A stretch of DNA of 64,000 nt from Methylobacter sp. (GTDB lineage Bacteria; Pseudomonadota; Gammaproteobacteria; Methylococcales; Methylomonadaceae), in the NCBI GenBank assembly GCA_028712225.1, contig JAQTQN010000002.1:746-64745 (forward strand). The letters are read 5' to 3'. The notes under the pieces are model-generated. The model did not search any database and was not told the origin of the DNA. It worked only from the letters and a program-made list of their open reading frames with translations. Position 1 is the stretch's first letter; each line of letters opens with the position of its first letter. Below are positions 48,826 to 59,719 of this stretch, one piece after another. The position numbers and the translations under genes are program-made.

Positions 48826-49715
48826 GAGCTTGTTCCAGATTTTTGCATGGCAATCAATCTTTTAGCCATCTGTTTTGCAGGCTCATCATTCATGGCGATT
48901 AAGCTCGAGATAATCGCCCCCACGTTTTTATCGTTAATCGAAGGATCGCCGTATTTGGGAGGAGCGTTCGGTACAAAACCGGCGTCCAAGAAAACTTTTT
49001 CCAACCAGGGATTGACGATGCAATCCAGCATCAGGTGAATTCTCGGATGCTTGCTTTCGTTGTTCACGCCGTGCAGGCAATTGGCGTTCAAATACCAGGC
49101 ATTCCCGGCGGAAAAGTGAATATCCTCATCTTCGACGGTAAAGCAGACTTCTGGTGTGGTTACTATCGGAATATGCAGACGAGCCATGCCATCTTCGAAT
49201 GAAGTTCCTTTATCCGTATGCATTTTGATTCGACTTCCCGCGCCCAGTGCCATCAATCGAACCGAAGTTTTCTCGCACTCGAAAGTATCGATGACTTCCT
49301 GAAAATAGGGGCAGCGTCCGAGAATGTCGGTGTCCTCGTAATCCACATTGGGCAAGCAAAGAATATGATCCGATCTCCCGTCCAGCGAACGAAGCGGCAC
49401 GCAACTCCAATCATTTTCATAGGCGGCGGTATTGACATGGGCGATCCACTCCGCTTCTCTTATTTTCGAGAGGTCTTCGTTCAGGCGGCGGACATCGAAA
49501 AAAAAGGGCAATTTGAGGTATCTGGTCTTATGAGACATGGATTTTTTGAGGTGGTGTATCTTCGTTGTCTTCCTTGCCAAGGTGACCGTGATTTTTGCCA
49601 CATCTGGAAGATGAAGATTCAGGGGCACGCATAGCCAAAAATCGGAATTTTTTGCATTTCCGCCCCAGTATAGCCACATGAATTTTATTTTAAAAGCGGC
49701 TTTCATCAGTGCCAT
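48822..49715 (-). CDS. Aspartyl/asparaginyl beta-hydroxylase-family (cupin, 2OG/Fe) protein
   Basis: MHTDKG...ARLHIPIVT...GNAWYLNANCLHGVNNES...RIHLMLD matches the Asp_Arg_Hydrox pattern. Confidence 0.8.
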   Translation of the reverse strand: MALMKAAFKIKFMWLYWGGNAKNSDFWLCVPLNLHLPDVAKITVTLARKTTKIHHLKKSMSHKTRYLKLPFFFDVRRLNEDLSKIREAEWIAHVNTAAYENDWSCVPLRSLDGRSDHILCLPNVDYEDTDILGRCPYFQEVIDTFECEKTSVRLMALGAGSRIKMHTDKGTSFEDGMARLHIPIVTTPEVCFTVEDEDIHFSAGNAWYLNANCLHGVNNESKHPRIHLMLDCIVNPWLEKVFLDAGFVPNAPPKYGDPSINDKNVGAIISSLIAMNDEPAKQMAKRLIAMQKSGTSS

Positions 49716-49985
49716 TTTGCATGGAGCCGATCAATAAACGCTCAAGAGTACATTTGAAAGTCGGGGGTAAAAAAACTACCGGAGCTTGTCAATCTGGCGC
49801 GGCTGTGCGTATTTCTTGTAGTCTGCAATTTCGTAGCGTTTGATGACTCTATTCCCTTCTTTTAAACTTTATGCGGAGGCTCTCATTGTGGTTCTATTCC
49901 CTGGATTAGTTACACGAAATGCTGCGCATTGGTATTGTGATAAAATTATTTCTTACTCGAAGAAGTTCAACTTGATTAGGTTGTT

Positions 49986-50465
49986 ATGCTTAAAGATATT
50001 CAATTCAGACCTATTACAAAAGACGATATGGACTTTCTACACAAGGTCTATGCCAGTACCCGCGAGCTTGAATTGCAGCAAACTGATTGGAACGATGAGC
50101 AGAAAAAAGCCTTTGTCGATATGCAGTTTAATGCGCAGCATACGTTTTATATGCAAAATTATCATGACGCGACCTTTGAGGTTATTTCCTACAAGGGCGC
50201 TCCAGCGGGAAGGCTTTATCTTCTAAAGAGCCCCAAAGAACTGCTGATTGTCGACATTACCCTTTTGCCCCGATTCTGTGGTCAGGGTATCGGAAGCGAA
50301 ATTCTTGGTCAACTGATGCGGGAAGCAGCGGAAACCGATAGGTCACTTTTGATTCACGTCGAAAAGTTCAACCCCGCCCTTAAGCTCTACACTCGGCTCG
50401 GATTTAAGGTTGTTGAGGATAAGGATGTCTATTTCTACATGGAATGGAAAAAGGAAAAGGGGTAA
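49986..50465 (+). CDS. GNAT-family N-acetyltransferase
   Basis: Acetyl-CoA motif A RFCGQGIGSEILGQL and the C-terminal YTRLGFK. Confidence 0.8.
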   Translation: MLKDIQFRPITKDDMDFLHKVYASTRELELQQTDWNDEQKKAFVDMQFNAQHTFYMQNYHDATFEVISYKGAPAGRLYLLKSPKELLIVDITLLPRFCGQGIGSEILGQLMREAAETDRSLLIHVEKFNPALKLYTRLGFKVVEDKDVYFYMEWKKEKG

Positions 50466-50473
50466 ACGTTTGA

Positions 50474-51217
50474 ATGGATACGCCGGATAAGCCATGTTCT
50501 GATAGCGCCGTTATTAATCCCTCGCTTTCCTTGCTGGCAAAATGGATCAACCCGTTACATTTTCAAATGGAGAATCTTCAAGCCAGCCATAAACGGCTTG
50601 AATCCGATCCTCTTTCTCTTCTTGTCCTCGATGACTTCCTGCTGCCTAGCGTTGCCAATAGAGTAGCCAATTTTCTTCGGGAAGAGGCAGAGTATAAACG
50701 GGAATATCAAAGCCGCAGCAAGGAGTTTCTCAATCAAGACGCATGGGAAGAACTGCCGGAAGCGGAGCGCCTTTATCGGTTCCTGGTTATCCATAGGGTT
50801 AAACCTTCGTGCCTGATGAGCAAAAATTGGCTGACCTTTCTTGCTTTCAACGATATATTCAAGCAGCCTCCCTGTTTTTCTTTCATGGAATCGGTTTCCG
50901 GAATGCAATTTTGCGATGCCAGGATTGCCGGAATACATGGGCACGAAGCCGAAGATATGATCACATGGCACGCTGACGCAGGACGTAACAAGGATTTTTG
51001 CGGGACCTTGTACCTTGCCCCCGATTGGAACGAAAGCGACGGCGGTGAACTGGAAATTAAACGCGAAAGTGAGGAAAATTACCTGATAACGCCCACCTTT
51101 AACCGTCTGGTGCTTTTCAAAACCGATAAACAAACCGTACACCGGGTAAGGCCTCATGCACCCTCAGCAGTGGATAAAGTGCGGTATTCCTATGTGTTCT
51201 GGTATAGAAAAGTTTAA
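50474..51217 (+). CDS. 2OG-Fe(II) oxygenase (proline-hydroxylase-like)
   Basis: WHADAG...GGELEI...NRLVLF...HRV pattern (HxD...H...R). Confidence 0.7.
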   Translation: MDTPDKPCSDSAVINPSLSLLAKWINPLHFQMENLQASHKRLESDPLSLLVLDDFLLPSVANRVANFLREEAEYKREYQSRSKEFLNQDAWEELPEAERLYRFLVIHRVKPSCLMSKNWLTFLAFNDIFKQPPCFSFMESVSGMQFCDARIAGIHGHEAEDMITWHADAGRNKDFCGTLYLAPDWNESDGGELEIKRESEENYLITPTFNRLVLFKTDKQTVHRVRPHAPSAVDKVRYSYVFWYRKV

Positions 51218-51368
51218 GCTTTTTGCCTGTTTATATATTTGCTAATTGGATCAATACGGCATATCGGATGGGCGATAACACTTATTTTGGATTTCACGAA
51301 TGGGAGCCACTTTTACCAAAAATCGTGACCTATCATGAGCCGTGAGAAAGCAGCAAGCCGCTATTACA

Positions 51369-52613
<1,245 letters not shown>

Positions 52614-52713
52614 ACATGACAAATCAGGCTCATTTTTTGGACTGACAAAACTTATATCAACACAGAGGAGGGCGTAGCACCTGATTTTTTCAACCTTATA
52701 ATTTTAAATTGAC

Positions 52714-53526
52714 ATGAAAACCGCAACATTTTTTCTCTCTACCGGTCGATGCGGCACCCAATGGCTTACCGCGAATTTGATTGCCGCTGGCGAAGAGAAC
52801 GCTGTTATTGAACACGAACCACTGCATGAGCGTTACTACTCAAGAATAATGCGTGGTAGCTATGATCCGGAAAAGACTGGCAACGCTACGGAAATCCTCT
52901 CCCATTGCGAAAAGATTGAAGAAATTCTGAAGGATAAATCCTATATCGAATGCGGTTGGCCGGCATGGGGAGCCGTCCCCTACCTTTTGCAGCGCTTTAA
53001 GGGCAGGATTAAGATTGTCCATCTTGTTCGGCATCCTATCCCAGTTGCATGTTCGTGGGTTTCCCACAGGGCTTTTTGCCCGCCACTTATTCCCGGACTT
53101 CCTTTTCAGGAAAAGATATTGGCTTCACCCTTTGACGAGGGAACGGCTTTTCCCCGCTATTGCGAACGGTGGGATAGTATGAATCCTTTTGAAAAAGCTC
53201 TGTTTTTCTGGTCGGAAGTCAATGTCCTCGGCTTGGAACTTGAAAAATCGACAAATACTCCTTGGCTGCGAATACGCTTTGAAGACTTATTTTATGGAGA
53301 TGCTCTATTGGACTTATTTGATTTTCTTAAAGTTACTGCACCGGAAAATAGGGGGGGGGCGTTTGAAAAAACGAAGGACGATTTTCACTATCTTTGTGAC
53401 GCCTGGTGGAATCCGATGGATATTCAAAAACATCCGGAAGTCATGAAAGTCGCTACACAGCTCGGATACAATTCCCTCGACTGTGACGAGGAAAAGTTAC
53501 GGAGGCGCTACTACCCCTTTTTTTAG
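52714..53526 (+). CDS. Putative sulfotransferase-like protein
   Basis: N-terminal STGRCGTQWL P-loop-like motif and an RFEDL segment. A weaker assignment than the other two. Confidence 0.45.
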   Translation: MKTATFFLSTGRCGTQWLTANLIAAGEENAVIEHEPLHERYYSRIMRGSYDPEKTGNATEILSHCEKIEEILKDKSYIECGWPAWGAVPYLLQRFKGRIKIVHLVRHPIPVACSWVSHRAFCPPLIPGLPFQEKILASPFDEGTAFPRYCERWDSMNPFEKALFFWSEVNVLGLELEKSTNTPWLRIRFEDLFYGDALLDLFDFLKVTAPENRGGAFEKTKDDFHYLCDAWWNPMDIQKHPEVMKVATQLGYNSLDCDEEKLRRRYYPFF

Positions 53527-53634
53527 TGGCGGATCGTATTTGCGTTAAGTTACAGGCTTAACGTTCGGCTGAATAATTAAGGTAAAATTCAATATCTTAA
53601 TAACCCCCCCCTTTCTTAAAAAGTTAGAACGACC

Positions 53635-53916
53635 ATGACACAAATTTCACTTACCTCAACTGTTTGCCAGTCTGAAGGCCACGTATCGGCTGTACTCGAT
53701 GAAGAAGTTGTCCTGATGAGCATTGAGAAAGGGGCTTATTTTGGTTTGAACAGAGTCCTGAGCTGTATCTGGCAAATACTGGAGACTCCCACCACCGTGT
53801 CTCAACTATGCGCAATCCTTCAGGATGAATACGACGTGGAGCCGGAAGTTTGTAAACGCGATGTATTCGAAGCCCTGGAAAAACTGGCGGAAAACAAGCT
53901 AATAACTGTATATTGA
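53635..53916 (+). CDS. PqqD-family peptide chaperone (lasso B1 / RRE)
   Basis: 93 aa. EVVLMSIEKGAYFGLNRVLSCIWQILETPTTVSQLCAILQDEYDVEPEVCKRDVFEALEKLAENKLI is a textbook PqqD/RRE pattern. Confidence 0.85.
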   Translation: MTQISLTSTVCQSEGHVSAVLDEEVVLMSIEKGAYFGLNRVLSCIWQILETPTTVSQLCAILQDEYDVEPEVCKRDVFEALEKLAENKLITVY

Positions 53917-53942
53917 AAGATTGCTGCCTAGACTAGAGTAAT

Positions 53943-54833
53943 ATGTACAGATACAGCATCTATGGTTTGACGGTCTCTTCGGAACTGGAATGTCCCCTAT
54001 TACTTTCGGCAAAGGAACAAGTCGATATAACAATTCGTTTCGGGGCGATACCTTCCTGCTGCATTTCCGCCGACACGCACAAAGGGGCCAACTTTATCGG
54101 CAACGGTAAATTGCTGCTGGATATTCAGGAAATCGCAAAATATCTGATCAGTGATGGCAATGCAGTTCTCATTGAACCTTATCCCAATGCCAAGGAAGAA
54201 ATGATACGGCTTTTCCTGTTGGGCAGCGCACTGGGAATTCTTCTCCACCAGCGCGACATACTTCCTCTGCACGGTTGCGGGATCGTGTATAACGACAAAG
54301 CCATCCTGTTCCTCGGTGAAACGGGAATCGGCAAATCGACTCTTGCGGAAACTTTTCGCAGAAAAGGCTATAAGCTTTTAACAGACGATGTTTCAGCGCT
54401 TTGCTTTTCAAATGATGCTTCCGTCAAGGTCTTTCCGGCCTATCCTAAGATAAACTTGATGGAAGAAACGGCAAAAAACTTCAATATTCCGATAGAAGGC
54501 CTCCCTGAGGCACATCCGCAAAAAAGGAAATATTCTATACCGGTAGGTGAGAGCTTTTGCCCCGATCCAAAACCCTTGTCCCGGATTTATATTCTGCACC
54601 AGACCGATCAGAAAAGCATTCGCCTTGAAGTACCTCAAAAAATAGCCGCCATTCCCTTTCTGACACACAACACCTACCGGAAGCAGGTAATCGAGAAAAT
54701 GGGGCTTCTACAGCGGCACATCGATCAATGCGCCCATCTTGCAGATAACTACCCGGTCAGGTTGCTCTCTCGACCCGACGACTTATCCCGTCTCCCGGAA
54801 TTGGCTGATTGCCTGGAAAGTGATTTTCTATGA
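53943..54833 (+). CDS. HprK-related serine kinase (paralog 1)
   Basis: ILPLHGCGIVYNDKAILFLGETGIGKSTLAETFRRKGYKLLTDDV is equivalent to the HPr-kinase C-terminal domain with a P-loop. Confidence 0.8.
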   Translation: MYRYSIYGLTVSSELECPLLLSAKEQVDITIRFGAIPSCCISADTHKGANFIGNGKLLLDIQEIAKYLISDGNAVLIEPYPNAKEEMIRLFLLGSALGILLHQRDILPLHGCGIVYNDKAILFLGETGIGKSTLAETFRRKGYKLLTDDVSALCFSNDASVKVFPAYPKINLMEETAKNFNIPIEGLPEAHPQKRKYSIPVGESFCPDPKPLSRIYILHQTDQKSIRLEVPQKIAAIPFLTHNTYRKQVIEKMGLLQRHIDQCAHLADNYPVRLLSRPDDLSRLPELADCLESDFL

Positions 54834-55693
54834 AGGGTAACATTATCTGGATAGCTTCTTACCCAAAATCCGGCAACACCTGGTTCAGGATATTTCTTTC
54901 CTGCTTGCTGGAGGAAACTGCTTCAGAACCGGACATTAATCAAATAGGTACCGACGGGATTGCCAGTTCGAGAATGCTCTTCGAGCAATGCACTGGTCTT
55001 GATTCTGCCAATCTCACGCCTAAGGAAATCGCAGCTCTTCGCCCTGCTGTCTATAACTATTTATCGGCGACACTTCAAAATGATCTCAAGATCAAGGTGC
55101 ATGATGCCTATCAAATCCTTCTCAACGGCATCCCGCTGTTTCCGGTTACAGCCACAAAAGCCGCTTGTTATCTTATTCGCAACCCCCTCGATATTGCAGC
55201 TTCTTATGCGCATCATTGTGGTGACAGCCTAGATGAGACCATAGACAAAATGAATAATTCCGACTGGAGTCTCGGCAAACAAACGCTGAACGCCACAGCC
55301 CAACTTCCTCATTTTCTTGGAAGTTGGTGCCACCATGTAAAAAGCTGGATGGAATCCACGCATTTTCCGGTCTGTTTGCTTCGTTATGAAGACATGCACC
55401 TGCAACCTCTGGAAACCTTTAGCAAAGCGGTGGTCGCCATAGGCATCGAAAAATCCCCGGAGGAAATTACTAGAGCGATTAAAGCCTCTTCCTTTGAAAA
55501 ACTCAAAAAACAGGAACAGGAGTCCGGCTTCCGGGAACGCCCCCATACTTCAAGTTTTTTTTTTCGTTCGGGCAAGATCGGCTCCTGGCGCGACAGCCTT
55601 ACCGAGAAGCAGGCCAGCCTGATTATCGAAAACCATACTGAAACAATGAGGCAATACGGTTATCTCGATAGCCGGGGAAACCCGACTTTTTAA
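54830..55693 (+). CDS. Sulfotransferase-domain protein (cytosolic ST-like)
   Basis: The 5'-PSB motif YPKSGNTW, a 3'-PB-like region (LLRYEDM) and a C-terminal FFRSGKIGSWRD. 4-nt overlap with the upstream kinase gene. Confidence 0.85.
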   Translation: MKGNIIWIASYPKSGNTWFRIFLSCLLEETASEPDINQIGTDGIASSRMLFEQCTGLDSANLTPKEIAALRPAVYNYLSATLQNDLKIKVHDAYQILLNGIPLFPVTATKAACYLIRNPLDIAASYAHHCGDSLDETIDKMNNSDWSLGKQTLNATAQLPHFLGSWCHHVKSWMESTHFPVCLLRYEDMHLQPLETFSKAVVAIGIEKSPEEITRAIKASSFEKLKKQEQESGFRERPHTSSFFFRSGKIGSWRDSLTEKQASLIIENHTETMRQYGYLDSRGNPTF

Positions 55694-55705
55694 CCGGAAG
55701 CTTTT

Positions 55706-56590
55706 ATGAATGTTTTGCTTTATGGGCTTTCCTGGTCGTTACCCTTTTTAACACCGTGTCTCCAGCTAACAGAAAAACCGGCAGAGATTACCGTCGTTTT
55801 GGGAGAGTTTAATGAGGACAACGTCTCCTGGAGTCATGTTGGAGTCTGTTACAAGGCCTCACCCGGCGCATACTTTTTGCTTGTCCCCGGAGTCGCACGT
55901 TTCCTGCTCACCAACGGGAATACAGTAATAATTGATGCACAAAAACATGTCTTGAAGGAAGAAATCCTGCATTTCCTTTTCAACCCCGTTGCCGGGGCGC
56001 TACTTATGCAGCGGGGAATTCTTCCCTTGCAGGCAAGCGCCGTCGAAAAAGACGGGAAAGCCGCTATCTTGCTGGGTGGTTCCGCCTCAGGGAAATCCCT
56101 GATAGCGGCAGGCCTGATGCAGCGAGGGTTCAAGGTAATAACGGATAATGTTTGCGCCGTGCATTCAGGAGAAAATCCGATGCTAAAAGCCGGATATCCC
56201 CATTTGCTCCTGTGGAAAAGGGCGTTACAGGAACTGGGTTACGATCCAACCGGACTTTGCAAATTTCGGCAAAACATAGAAAAATACCGCCTGCCTATCG
56301 CTAAAGACTGTTATGCCATTGAAGCGCCTATAGAAAGACTTTATCTTTTAGCCCATAGCAACGAGAACACCTATCCGGAAACCCGGATCACGGGGCGAAA
56401 TAAGTTCACTCTACTTTTGGACTGTGTTTACCATAACCCGCTCATCGAAGCATTCGGCATGCAGACAGAAATGTACCAGATCATAATTTCACTGGCGCAG
56501 CGGCTTCCGATGAAGAAGGTTGCCTCACCTATGTCCATCCAGAACGCACGGAAGTTCATAGACGCTTTTGCCAGTCGGTATCAGTCATGA
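55706..56590 (+). CDS. HprK-related kinase paralog 2 (divergent active-site context)
   Basis: ILPLQASAVEKDGKAAILLGGSASGKSLIAAGLMQRGFKVITDNV retains the P-loop, but His becomes Gln and DD becomes DN relative to paralog 1. Confidence 0.7.
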   Translation: MNVLLYGLSWSLPFLTPCLQLTEKPAEITVVLGEFNEDNVSWSHVGVCYKASPGAYFLLVPGVARFLLTNGNTVIIDAQKHVLKEEILHFLFNPVAGALLMQRGILPLQASAVEKDGKAAILLGGSASGKSLIAAGLMQRGFKVITDNVCAVHSGENPMLKAGYPHLLLWKRALQELGYDPTGLCKFRQNIEKYRLPIAKDCYAIEAPIERLYLLAHSNENTYPETRITGRNKFTLLLDCVYHNPLIEAFGMQTEMYQIIISLAQRLPMKKVASPMSIQNARKFIDAFASRYQS

Positions 56591-57822
56591 CCGCCAGACA
56601 AAAAATTCGCAAACGCTTTTCACTGTTATTGGGAAACTGTAACGTTTATTTCTGTCTGAAGCCGAAATCCCGGCAAAATCCAATCGAGAAACTTCGCACC
56701 GCAACCGACCACTATTTTCTTTATAACCAAGCTGCCGTGATTCGGATTCCGGTTAAAATGGTGGTATTTTTTTGTTGGCCGCTCATTGCCGTCAGGTTAG
56801 CCATTCGCCACTACGTTCTGTTTGGCACGGTTGTAAAGCTGGAATATGGCATCGGGATGTTTCAGCAGTTCACACAACTGCTTTCTCTGGCATGGTTAGA
56901 GTTTATTCATCCCCGCTATTACTATCAATACCGGCTCTTTGACAAAACGCGTATGCAAAAACGAAGTGCATACCTGTTTCATCGGAGGAACCAATCCCTC
57001 TTCATGGCATTAAATGGGTTCGTATCGGGTGAGCTGATCAACAACAAGGAAAAATTTGCAGAATTCTGTCTAAAAAACGATCTTCCTACACCGAAAACCC
57101 TCGCTCTCTTTGAAAATGGAAATATGGCAATCAAGGTGGCTGCCGAACTTTGGCAAAAAAAAGACATCGTCATAAAACCTATTAACGGTCATATGGGGAG
57201 GGATATTCAATTCGGTTATGCAGAAGGGAACGGAAGCTATCGATACCGGGGCAAAACTTCCACTGTTGAAGAACTCCTGCAACAAATCGCCCTTGATTCA
57301 GCAGGAGAACCTTTCCTCGCTCAAGAACGGCTCTACAACCACCCGGAACTTTATCCTCTGTCAAACGAATACTTGGCAAGTATCCGCATTGTTACTTTTC
57401 TGGGACAGGATAATGCACTGGCTTTTCTTGCGGCTTATATAGGGCTGCCTTATGACGCTATTACCGTTAGCAATGAAGGCAGGGATTTTCCTCTGGACTT
57501 GGCAACAGGGAAAATTCTTGCTCGCCCCCTGCACCCCATAATGCCCGATTACAAAAAGGAACTCACTGAGGCAAGCCAACTGGCGGTGGGTAATACGCTT
57601 CCCTACTGGCAACAGGCAAAAGAGCTGGTATGTAAAGCCCATCGCTTGATGCCGGATTACTTTTCCCTCGGTTGGGATATCGCCATCACCGCAAACGGCC
57701 CCGTTATACTGGAAACCAACATCGGTTGGGATACCGACTCGATACAATATTTCCACGACCTTCCCTTGGGCGATACGGAATTTGTTCGTTGCGCAGTGGC
57801 AAGACTAAATAGCTTGAAGTGA
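56587..57822 (+). CDS. ATP-grasp enzyme (sugar-transfer-associated / alpha-L-glutamate-ligase-related type)
   Basis: DIVIKPINGHMGRDI and LGWDIAITANGPVILETNIGWD resemble the ATPgrasp_ST family. 4-nt overlap with the upstream gene. Confidence 0.7.
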   Translation: MTARQKIRKRFSLLLGNCNVYFCLKPKSRQNPIEKLRTATDHYFLYNQAAVIRIPVKMVVFFCWPLIAVRLAIRHYVLFGTVVKLEYGIGMFQQFTQLLSLAWLEFIHPRYYYQYRLFDKTRMQKRSAYLFHRRNQSLFMALNGFVSGELINNKEKFAEFCLKNDLPTPKTLALFENGNMAIKVAAELWQKKDIVIKPINGHMGRDIQFGYAEGNGSYRYRGKTSTVEELLQQIALDSAGEPFLAQERLYNHPELYPLSNEYLASIRIVTFLGQDNALAFLAAYIGLPYDAITVSNEGRDFPLDLATGKILARPLHPIMPDYKKELTEASQLAVGNTLPYWQQAKELVCKAHRLMPDYFSLGWDIAITANGPVILETNIGWDTDSIQYFHDLPLGDTEFVRCAVARLNSLK

Positions 57823-57856
57823 GTCTTCATCTTCTCCACAAAAATGAATTAAGAAC

Positions 57857-59719
57857 ATGAGCGTTATTTACGGAATTATTCATAGCAAAGAAAAGCGGCT
57901 TGAAAAAACGGAAGCGGAAATTCTGCGCAAAAGCCTCGACTATGTTCGCTTCGACCGTGAAGGGATATGGCAAGAAGAAAACACCCATTTAGGCGTATTG
58001 CTGAGGCAACTGGTACAAAACGATGCGGAACAGGCACCTCTGTACGACCCGATTAGCGGCTTGACAATCTGTGCCGATGCCCGTCTCGATAATCGGGATG
58101 AATTGGCGGAAAAACTTGAAATATCCCAAGAAAAACGGCTCAACGTTCCCGACAGCCTCCTTATTCTGAGGGCATACCAGAAATGGGGCGTGAACTCGCC
58201 GGAACAGCTACTAGGGGACTTTGCCTACGCTATTTACGAGAAAAACAGCGGGAGGCTTTTTTGCGCACGGGATCACCTGGGTATCAGGCCATTTTATTAT
58301 TACTGGATCGACGGTACTTTCTGCTTCTGCACCTTACACCCCCCTCTTATGGCAGTCTGCCCCGTCTCTCCAACACCTAATGACGCCTACATCGTCGCCT
58401 CTTTTATCCGATCCTATATGGAACTGACCCACTCCGTGGCGAATGAAATCAATCGGCTGCCACCGGCGCATTCCTTGTCGATAGATAACACCGGTTTGAA
58501 GGTTCACCGGTATTGGGCGCCTGAGTCAAACACCGTCTTGCAGCTTGCCGGCGAAGCGGAACATGCACAAGCCATGCGGGAAGTTTTCACGCAAGCGGTT
58601 GCATGCCGAACCAGAACGGATTGCCGTGTCGGCACCCATTTAAGCAGCGGACTTGATTCCGGCTCAATCACGGTTCTGGTCGCACGGGAATTACGCAAGG
58701 AGGGGAAAAGCCCGCTCGCCTTCTCCTGGTCTCCCGAACCGGAACATACAACGAAGAAACTCGGAGACGAACGCGACCTAATTCGGGACGTATGCCGCCA
58801 GGAAGAACTCGAATGCCATTTCTTGGATCAGACGCCGGAGGATGGCTATCGAATTTTGCAGGAAGCCATGTCCAGTTGGGGAGATAATTTGTGGTTCCAC
58901 GAGATAAAACATCTTCAAACTGCGTTAAGAGAGAACTGCCGGGTCATGTTAAGCGGCTGGGGCGGGGATGAGTTAACTTCTTTTAATGGGGATAGGGTTT
59001 ATCTGGCAGACTTCCTCCGAAGAGAAGGCTTTCTTCGCCTACTCTCAGAGATGTTTTGTCTGAGAATGAACCGGCACGGCTCCTTTCGCAGCATGGCGAA
59101 AGAAATCCTGTATCCTTTTATCCCCGATTTTCTTTACTATCGCTTTTTCAATTTATCCGTCCTAAGGGATAGCGAATCGCTCATCAGCTCCCGTTTTGCG
59201 AAAGATCTCCTAATAGGCAGACGGAAACGAGGCCGTTGGCAGCAAAGGGATATAAAAAAACTCCAAATACAATGGCTGAATGCGGGCTATTTCAATCAAC
59301 GAATCGAACGCTGGGCGGAATTGGGCGAAATGCATGGCGTCAACTACCTCTACCCCGTTTTTGACAAACGGGTCGTTGAATTCGTACTTTCGCTTCCGAA
59401 CGAGCAACTCTGCAGAAAAGGCTGGCGGCGCTTTCTTTTCCGTAGCGCGATGGAAGGCATATTACCACCATCGGTGCAGTGGAATCGATCCAAGGCTGAA
59501 ATGGCCTACGGTGAACATACGAACGCCGTCTGCTCAGTTTACTTTGAAAAAATTCAGCAAAATATACAGGAAGCAATGAACCTGCCGTTGTTCCAGCGCT
59601 ATTTTAAGCCTGAAGCCGTTGAAAAAATGCTCGCATCATCAAATACGACTCTAAAGCTAGTCATTCTTAATAGAGTTCATGCCTATGTAAAGTTTCTTGA
59701 CCAATCGTTTTCTCGATAG
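57857..59719 (+). CDS. Asparagine-synthetase-like lasso peptide cyclase (C protein)
   Basis: 620 aa. The PP-loop SSGLDSGS is present. The N-terminus MSVIYG lacks the Cys2 nucleophile of true AsnB, as in McjC-type lactam synthetases. Confidence 0.85.
   Translation: MSVIYGIIHSKEKRLEKTEAEILRKSLDYVRFDREGIWQEENTHLGVLLRQLVQNDAEQAPLYDPISGLTICADARLDNRDELAEKLEISQEKRLNVPDSLLILRAYQKWGVNSPEQLLGDFAYAIYEKNSGRLFCARDHLGIRPFYYYWIDGTFCFCTLHPPLMAVCPVSPTPNDAYIVASFIRSYMELTHSVANEINRLPPAHSLSIDNTGLKVHRYWAPESNTVLQLAGEAEHAQAMREVFTQAVACRTRTDCRVGTHLSSGLDSGSITVLVARELRKEGKSPLAFSWSPEPEHTTKKLGDERDLIRDVCRQEELECHFLDQTPEDGYRILQEAMSSWGDNLWFHEIKHLQTALRENCRVMLSGWGGDELTSFNGDRVYLADFLRREGFLRLLSEMFCLRMNRHGSFRSMAKEILYPFIPDFLYYRFFNLSVLRDSESLISSRFAKDLLIGRRKRGRWQQRDIKKLQIQWLNAGYFNQRIERWAELGEMHGVNYLYPVFDKRVVEFVLSLPNEQLCRKGWRRFLFRSAMEGILPPSVQWNRSKAEMAYGEHTNAVCSVYFEKIQQNIQEAMNLPLFQRYFKPEAVEKMLASSNTTLKLVILNRVHAYVKFLDQSFSR

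Noticed and set aside
49218-49634. 138-aa plus-strand ORF inside the Asp/Asn beta-hydroxylase gene
   Set aside because: It is antisense to a frame with a clear Asp_Arg_Hydrox signature that is translationally coupled to its neighbour.
50555-51157. 200-aa minus-strand ORF antisense to the 2OG oxygenase
   Set aside because: The plus-strand frame has the HxD...H...R 2OG-Fe(II) motifs and sits 8 nt after the GNAT gene. The antisense frame has no motif.
57361-57756. 131-aa minus-strand ORF inside the ATP-grasp gene, and similar short antisense ORFs across 54000-59600
   Set aside because: All lie opposite motif-bearing, overlapping-stop/start plus-strand genes. They are typical shadow ORFs in a GC-richer region.
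57857-59719. Annotation as a housekeeping asparagine synthetase B
   Set aside because: The N-terminus lacks the catalytic Cys2 (MSVIYG rather than MCG). The gene sits with PqqD, B2 and a precursor-like ORF, which fits a lasso cyclase.
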